DNA from: Nannocystaceae bacterium
GTDB lineage: Bacteria > Myxococcota_A > Polyangia > Nannocystales > Nannocystaceae
Assembly: GCA_041389865.1 (NCBI GenBank)
Contig: JAWKRA010000004.1
Span: forward strand, 50,307 to 114,306
DNA length: 64,000 nt
Direction: 5' to 3'
Every line of letters starts with the position of its first letter. Within the stretch, counting starts at the first letter, position 1. The position numbers and the translations under genes are program-made. Positions 58,651 through 64,000 of this stretch are shown here, piece after piece. The notes under the pieces are model-generated. The model was not told where the DNA came from. It ran no database searches and was given only the letters and a program-made list of their open reading frames with translations.

Positions 58651-60429
58651 CTAGCGCGACGGGATCTTGGTGACGATCCCCTCTTCGGGGTCGATGTCGA
58701 TGTTCTCGCCGGAGCGGATCGTCCGCGGCTGGCTCTTGGCGAGCGCCAGGTTCATGACCGAGAGCTCCTCGCCGACGACCGCCTTCACCGTCTTGCGGAT
58801 GCGCTTGTAGCCGTTGAGCCGGATCTCGATCTTGCGATTGCCGGGCGCGAGGTTGAGGACGATGGGCGTCTCGCCGGCCTTCTTGCCGTCGACCGTGACC
58901 GTCGCGCCCTTGGGGTCGGTGATCACCTCGAGGTCGACGGTCTCGCCGTCGACGGGCGGCGGCTCCTCGCCTGTCGTCTCGCTGGCCGGCGCTTCGCCGG
59001 TCGTCTCGGCGGCGGTGGTCTCCTCTTCATCGCTGACCGTGTCCCAGCCGCTGCTGCCCGCGGCCTCCTCGCCCTCGGCGAGCAGCGCGGTGAGGCGCTC
59101 TTGCGCCGGGCGGTTGCTCGGATCAAGCGCGAGCGCCTCGCGGTAGAGGCGAACCGCCTCGTCGTGCGCGCCCTGGGCCTCGGCTCGCCCCGCGTCGGTC
59201 AGGAGCGTCGCCAGCTCGCTGACGACCGCCGTCTCGCCGGCCTCGCCCTCCACCTGCGGCCCGTCGGTCGGGGTCGGACGATCGACGACCGGCTTGGGCT
59301 CGGGTGTGCCAGCGTTGACGAACGGCAGCTGGCCTTGGGTGTAGAGGAAGAACGCGACGCCGCCCGCGACCAGCACGAGCAGTCCGAGGATGAGCCCGCC
59401 CGAACCAGACTTCTCTTCGTCGGCGATCGACTCGGAGACCGCCTCGACCGGCGCGAGGACCTCGGGCTCAGGGGCCGGCTCGGGCGGTCGCAGCGGCGTG
59501 ATCTCGGGGGCCGGCGGCGGCGTCGGAGGCGGAGCGACCCGCGGACCGCTGAGCGCCTGCTTGACCGGATGGGGCGCGCTGACCTCGGGCACGCCGCCGC
59601 TGCTGCCGGGCCGGCCCTCGCCTGCGCGCGGCAGCCGGAACAGCGCCGCCGGGACCGCGTCGATCAGGTGCTCGACGACTTCGTTGGTGTCGATCGGCCG
59701 GCGCTCCGGGTCGCGCGCCAACGATCGATCGACGAGCTCGACGAGCAGCGCCGGCACCTCGTGACCGGCCGGCAGGGCCTGCCCGAGCGAGATCGGGTCG
59801 CCCGGCCGCGGCACCCGGCCCGTCAGCATTCGATAGAACAGCGCGCCGATCGAGTGGACGTCGACGCGCGGATCGCTGGTCTCTGGATCGGCGCCCGAGA
59901 TCAGCACCCGCAGCCCGAGGTCGCAGATCTTGACGAAGTTGGCGCGCCCCTGGTGCTCGATGAGGAACACGTCCTCGGCCTTGAGATCGCCGTGAATCAG
60001 GCCGCGGGCGTGGGCAGCTCCGAGCGCCTTGAGGATCTGGGAGGCGATCGGCACGAACGTGTGGATCGGCAGGGGGCCGACGTCCTCGAGGAACGCCTCG
60101 AGGGTCTCCCCCTCGACCAGCTCGGTGACGAGGTAGGGCCCGAACTCGCCGTCGACGCCCGAGTCGTGGGCGACGGTGATGTTTGGGTGCTCGAGCCCGA
60201 TCAGCGACCGCGCGCCGTCTTCGAACGCCAGCACCGCCTCTTCGCTGGGGAACGCCGCGTGCCCCAGCAAGTTGACGACGACCGTGCGGTGCATCGTCCG
60301 GTGACTGGCGCGGTAGAGTCGCCCGGTGGGCCCCTCGGCGATGCACTCCTCAAGCGCGTAGTGCACGCCCACCGTTCGGCCGATCAGCGGATCCGCCTTG
60401 GCGGCTACCTTTGACTTCATGCCCTGCAT
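58651..60429 (-). CDS. Ser/Thr protein kinase with TM, TPR-like region and C-terminal PEGA domain
   Basis: Full kinase domain (VAVK-like Lys, HGDLKAEDVFL, DLGL, APE). Pro-rich linker, TM, TPR-like helices. PEGA domain (GATVTVDGKKAGETPIVLNLAPGNRKIEIRLNGYKRIRKTV). Confidence 0.85.
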   Translation of the reverse strand: MQGMKSKVAAKADPLIGRTVGVHYALEECIAEGPTGRLYRASHRTMHRTVVVNLLGHAAFPSEEAVLAFEDGARSLIGLEHPNITVAHDSGVDGEFGPYLVTELVEGETLEAFLEDVGPLPIHTFVPIASQILKALGAAHARGLIHGDLKAEDVFLIEHQGRANFVKICDLGLRVLISGADPETSDPRVDVHSIGALFYRMLTGRVPRPGDPISLGQALPAGHEVPALLVELVDRSLARDPERRPIDTNEVVEHLIDAVPAALFRLPRAGEGRPGSSGGVPEVSAPHPVKQALSGPRVAPPPTPPPAPEITPLRPPEPAPEPEVLAPVEAVSESIADEEKSGSGGLILGLLVLVAGGVAFFLYTQGQLPFVNAGTPEPKPVVDRPTPTDGPQVEGEAGETAVVSELATLLTDAGRAEAQGAHDEAVRLYREALALDPSNRPAQERLTALLAEGEEAAGSSGWDTVSDEEETTAAETTGEAPASETTGEEPPPVDGETVDLEVITDPKGATVTVDGKKAGETPIVLNLAPGNRKIEIRLNGYKRIRKTVKAVVGEELSVMNLALAKSQPRTIRSGENIDIDPEEGIVTKIPSR

Positions 60430-60754
60430 GGTGCGCGCGTGGCCTCGTCCACTTCCATGACTTACACGGATCTACGGCTGGTTCGACGCACCCGAAAGTA
60501 GCACACCCAGCCAGATTCCTCGGCGATTGCGGACGGCCCGCTTGGTATCGCCCTGTGTGCCTGAATGTGTAGGTTCTGGGCGCCTGTCTGGATCGGTCGC
60601 ACCGGCCGCGCGCCGTCGGAGAGTGATCGCGGGAAACGCGGGCTCGCGCCGCGACGGTCATCGTCTGCAGGCTGGCTGAGACACCTCGCGACGCGCGAGC
60701 GTCCGAGCGTGCGCCGCGAGATCCGGCGCTCCGAGGCGCCGTCGCGGCGATCGC

Positions 60755-62392
60755 TTGCGCCCGCGCGGTTCCACGCGTAGCGTCGCGCGCATGCGAGCGG
60801 TCCGGCGCGCGCCTCTTCACCTGTCCCATCGTACATCTTCAAACGCAGGCGCCGCGCGATCCAGCGTCGTCGCGGCTGCCCCGAGAGACACGCGGCGCAT
60901 CGTCAGCGTCGGCCTGGCGCTCGCGATCACGCGGGTCGCCTGCGGCGGCGGCGAGGACGACTCCAGCACGGAGACGGGGCCTGCGACCACCGTGAGCGCG
61001 TCGACGAGCGCGTCCGGGACCGGTCACGAGGCGACCGACCCCAGCGACGCGACCGCCTCCGATCCGAGCGACACGGTCCACGGCAGCGACAGCGACGGCA
61101 CCGACGGCACCGACGCGACCGACGACACCGCCGCGACCACCGACGACATCACCGCGACCGACACCGACGCGACCACCGCTCCGACCGACGCGACCACCGA
61201 TCCCACCGACGCGACCACCGATCCGACCGACGCGACCACCGATTCGACGGAGACGGATGGATGTCCTGAAGGACAGCTCGAATGCCCGTGCGGACCGATG
61301 GCCAGCTGCGACGACGGCCTCGTCTGCGAGGCGGACGTCTGCGTCCCCGGGGCGATCTGCGGCGACGGGGCGCTCGATCCCGGCGAGGGCTGCGACGACG
61401 GCAACCTCGACGGCGGCGACGGCTGCAGCCCGACCTGCACGCTCGAGAGCTGCGGGAACGGGATCACGGATCCGGGCGAGGCCTGCGACGACGGCATGGA
61501 CGGCGACAACGACGACGGCTGCACCGACCTGTGCGCGAAGCCAAGCTGCGGCGACGGCTTCGTCCAGCAGAGCCTCGGCGAAGCCTGCGACGATGGCCCC
61601 CAGAACAACGACGGCGCCGCCTGCACGCTCGCGTGCGCGCAGGCCAGCTGCGGCGACGGCAAGCTCTGGGTCGGCGAGGAGGAGTGCGACGACGGCAACG
61701 GCGTCAACACCGACGCCTGCCTCGCCAGCTGCGCCGCGGCCTCCTGCGGCGACGGCTTCGTGTGGAGCGGCCAAGAGGAGTGCGACGACGGCAACGGCGT
61801 CAACAACGACCTCTGCAGCAACACCTGCACCCTCAACGAGATGGGCGGCGAGGACCCGTGCGGCTTCGCCGACGACGACGGCGTCTGGATCGACATCGAC
61901 TACGAGGACGCCTTCACGGTCACGAGCCCCGACTACAGCTACTCGCCGACGCCGGCCTGGCAGGAGCCCGAGTGGACGCCGACCCAGATGGGCTACTTCT
62001 GGCCTAAGGTCGTGGACCTCTACAACAACATGACGGTCGACAACGATCCGATCGGCAAGCTCGCGGTCATCAAGTCCAACAGCACCCTGCGCCTGTACTT
62101 CGGGACCAAGAACCTGTGGAGCTACACGAGCGCGACGGTGTGCGTGACCGGGCGCAGCGTCTCGGTCAGCTCGCCGGTGACCTTCCAGGTCATCAACCCG
62201 GCCAACGGCGACTGCGGGGCCTCGGCGATGATGTCGCACGACTGGACGGTGCACGCCTCGGGCGTGACGATGCCGGCCAACTGCATCATCCCCAACCACG
62301 GCTTCCAGGCCATCGACATCGACGCGACCGGCGGCAGCGCCAAGCTCGGGGTCCGCAGCGTCCGCCTGACCCTCCACGGCGCGCAGTACTGA
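60755..62392 (+). CDS. Lipoprotein with five myxo-type Cys-rich repeats and a C-terminal beta-rich domain
   Basis: Lipobox-like LAITRVACGG. T/D-rich linker encoded by 21-nt tandem repeats (TDATTDP x3). Five repeats of the form CG(D/N)G...EECDDGN...D.C...C. Start uncertain. Confidence 0.6.
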   Translation: MRPRGSTRSVARMRAVRRAPLHLSHRTSSNAGAARSSVVAAAPRDTRRIVSVGLALAITRVACGGGEDDSSTETGPATTVSASTSASGTGHEATDPSDATASDPSDTVHGSDSDGTDGTDATDDTAATTDDITATDTDATTAPTDATTDPTDATTDPTDATTDSTETDGCPEGQLECPCGPMASCDDGLVCEADVCVPGAICGDGALDPGEGCDDGNLDGGDGCSPTCTLESCGNGITDPGEACDDGMDGDNDDGCTDLCAKPSCGDGFVQQSLGEACDDGPQNNDGAACTLACAQASCGDGKLWVGEEECDDGNGVNTDACLASCAAASCGDGFVWSGQEECDDGNGVNNDLCSNTCTLNEMGGEDPCGFADDDGVWIDIDYEDAFTVTSPDYSYSPTPAWQEPEWTPTQMGYFWPKVVDLYNNMTVDNDPIGKLAVIKSNSTLRLYFGTKNLWSYTSATVCVTGRSVSVSSPVTFQVINPANGDCGASAMMSHDWTVHASGVTMPANCIIPNHGFQAIDIDATGGSAKLGVRSVRLTLHGAQY

Positions 62393-62400
62393 TCGGCGGA

Positions 62401-63978
62401 TCACCGGGGCGTGAACCGGCGACTCGGCGCGACGCGCCCGGGCGTCGGCTCCCAGACCTTCTCGATGTAGCGGAGGTTGGCGGCGGCCCGGGGGTGCGGC
62501 GTGAACAGGCGCGGGGTCGCGGCCACGAGGCCGAGCCCCAACGCCGCGCCGACGATGAGCGCGATCCAGCCGCCGCGATCGCCCGCGCGCGCCCGGCCGA
62601 CGGTCCACAGGACGAGCGCGAGCGCGGCGGCGACGAGCGCCCAGACCACTCCACCCTCGACGCCGAACGCCAGGTGATACGGCGCGCGTCCGTGGCGGAG
62701 CAGCGGCAAGAGCACCTCGGAGACCGGCTGGTGCACGTTGGTGAGATCGATGTGGGGCCAGAGGTTGGCGGCCAGGCCGTTGATCGTGACCGACCAGGCG
62801 GCGAGCGCTCCGATCCCCGCGAGCGCGAGCGGTGCGAGCCTGGGCTGGATCGGGCGCGCGAGCGACCACGCGACCCCGGGGATCACGGCCGGCAGCGCGA
62901 TCACCAGGTACCGCGGGCCGACCCGCCAGCCGCCCTCGAAGTTGAGGCTCGCGGTCGTCAGGACGTAGACGGCGAGCACAGCGATGCTGACCCAAAAGAC
63001 ATGTCGTACCGGCGCGCGATCGATCCGGCGGCCGCGGGCGAGCCCCCAAGCGCCCACGAGCCACAGCGGCGCCCACCATGTGAGGCCCGAGGCGGTCGAC
63101 GTGATGTGCGTGTGGAGGGCCGCGAGCGTCGGCCGACCGAGGCCCAGGAGCCCCTCGCCGTGCTTGCGCGCGAACTCGGGGTTGATGACGTGGTGGTAGC
63201 CCGTCTGCAGCGGGCTGCCGAAGACCGCGTCGTGGTAGGCGCACAGGCCGAGGATCGGCAGGCAAGCGCCGAGCGCCCCCGCGATCGCGGGCGCCCGCGT
63301 CGGCGGACGACAGGCGACGCTCCAGACGATCCAGCCAGCGATCGGCAGGCCGGCGAACACCGCGTTGTAGTCGACGACCACGCTCGCGCCCGCGAGCGCG
63401 CCGCCGACGAGCGCCCGCACGCTCGCCGCCCGCCCGCCTTCGTCGACCGCGCGCAGCAGGGTCAGCAGGCCGATCCACAGCAGACAGGCGGCGAGCTGGT
63501 GGCCGTAGACGAGGTGTCCGTAAGACCAGGCCGGAGTGGCGAGCGCGTAGAGGGCGACCGCGGCCATCACCGGGCGCGCGCCGAGGGGCTCCGCGAGCCG
63601 ACGCGCGAACGCGACGCACAGCAAGAGCGTCGGCAGCACGCCGGTGAGCAGGCGCGCCCAGAGCGTGTAGCTCCGCAGGGTCCGCGGGGCGCCGCGGATG
63701 TCGGCGTCGACGCCCGCGAGCCCGTAGGCGACCGCGCACACGAGGCTCGCGCCCGGAGGCTTGTTGGGGTAGATGCGCCCGTCGACGGGGCTCCGGGCGA
63801 TGTCGGGGCCCGGTCGCAGCCCGCGAGCCGCGGGTCCGTCGATGGCGAAGCTGCCATCCTCGACGAGCGCCGCGCCCTGCAGGAGCCGCGGCAGCTCGTT
63901 GGCGTTGCGGACGGCCTCGAAGTAGGGGAACGCGAACACCAGCAGGATCACGAGCGCGGCCCAGAACCACCGCGGCAC
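62401..63978 (-). CDS. Polytopic membrane glycosyltransferase-like protein (GT39/GT83/ArnT-like)
   Basis: About 12 TM helices. YPNKPPGASLV in the first periplasmic loop resembles the ArnT/PMT KPPL-type motif. The ORF may run past the window end. Confidence 0.5.
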   Translation of the reverse strand: MPRWFWAALVILLVFAFPYFEAVRNANELPRLLQGAALVEDGSFAIDGPAARGLRPGPDIARSPVDGRIYPNKPPGASLVCAVAYGLAGVDADIRGAPRTLRSYTLWARLLTGVLPTLLLCVAFARRLAEPLGARPVMAAVALYALATPAWSYGHLVYGHQLAACLLWIGLLTLLRAVDEGGRAASVRALVGGALAGASVVVDYNAVFAGLPIAGWIVWSVACRPPTRAPAIAGALGACLPILGLCAYHDAVFGSPLQTGYHHVINPEFARKHGEGLLGLGRPTLAALHTHITSTASGLTWWAPLWLVGAWGLARGRRIDRAPVRHVFWVSIAVLAVYVLTTASLNFEGGWRVGPRYLVIALPAVIPGVAWSLARPIQPRLAPLALAGIGALAAWSVTINGLAANLWPHIDLTNVHQPVSEVLLPLLRHGRAPYHLAFGVEGGVVWALVAAALALVLWTVGRARAGDRGGWIALIVGAALGLGLVAATPRLFTPHPRAAANLRYIEKVWEPTPGRVAPSRRFTPR

Positions 63979-64000
63979 CCGCTCGCCCGCGCTCCGACGC

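Noticed and set aside
58549-60414. 621-aa plus ORF
   Set aside because: Antisense to the PEGA-domain Ser/Thr kinase.
60839-63970. 1043-aa minus ORF
   Set aside because: Spans the antisense of the Cys-rich lipoprotein and an alternative frame of the GT39-like membrane protein. Extremely Arg/Ala/Gly-rich.

Overview
This 64-kb window is ~71% GC with no rRNA, tRNA or CRISPR, and it looks like a Myxococcota (Polyangia-type) chromosome. It carries many lipoproteins, Cys-rich 'myxo' repeats, Ser/Thr kinases with TPR and PEGA domains, RCC1 and PilZ proteins. Genes are dense on both strands, and every long antisense ORF reads as a high-GC shadow frame.

The main blocks are:
- **Mobile-element edge (1–3350):** a 5x16-bp iteron-like repeat array, two hypothetical genes and a tyrosine integrase that abuts a 5'-truncated Ser/Thr kinase gene. 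A perfect palindrome and short direct repeats sit at the junction.
- **Coupled three-gene operon (8560–13627):** a membrane protein with a duplicated HFARW motif, a DyP-type peroxidase-like protein and a DUF4331-like secreted protein, joined by ATGA and CTGA overlaps.
- **Housekeeping genes:** a glutathione S-transferase and a lipoprotein–MlaE–MlaF–MlaD operon.
- **pgk–tpi–secG–dapF block:** the TIM homolog has three of its four catalytic residues substituted (K12, E97, E165) and a 45%-GC patch.
- **Tandem repeats (27253–27625):** four ~85-bp copies between a ferritin-like di-iron gene and a LytS/LytTR two-component system that is coupled to a sugar phosphotransferase.
- **Bacterial major vault protein homolog (30752–33250):** an 832-aa gene ending an operon with three uncharacterised genes, next to tandem intrinsic terminators.
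- **Frameshift-dense segment (47.2–54.8 kb):** an SGNH-like hydrolase, an adenylate-forming enzyme, a PPTase and ferrochelatase are all broken, while the ACAD, ACP and amidohydrolase genes among them are intact.
- **Nucleotide-signalling cluster (54757–58394):** an EVE→CYTH operon diverges from an HD phosphohydrolase plus a GlnD/GlnE-like nucleotidyltransferase.
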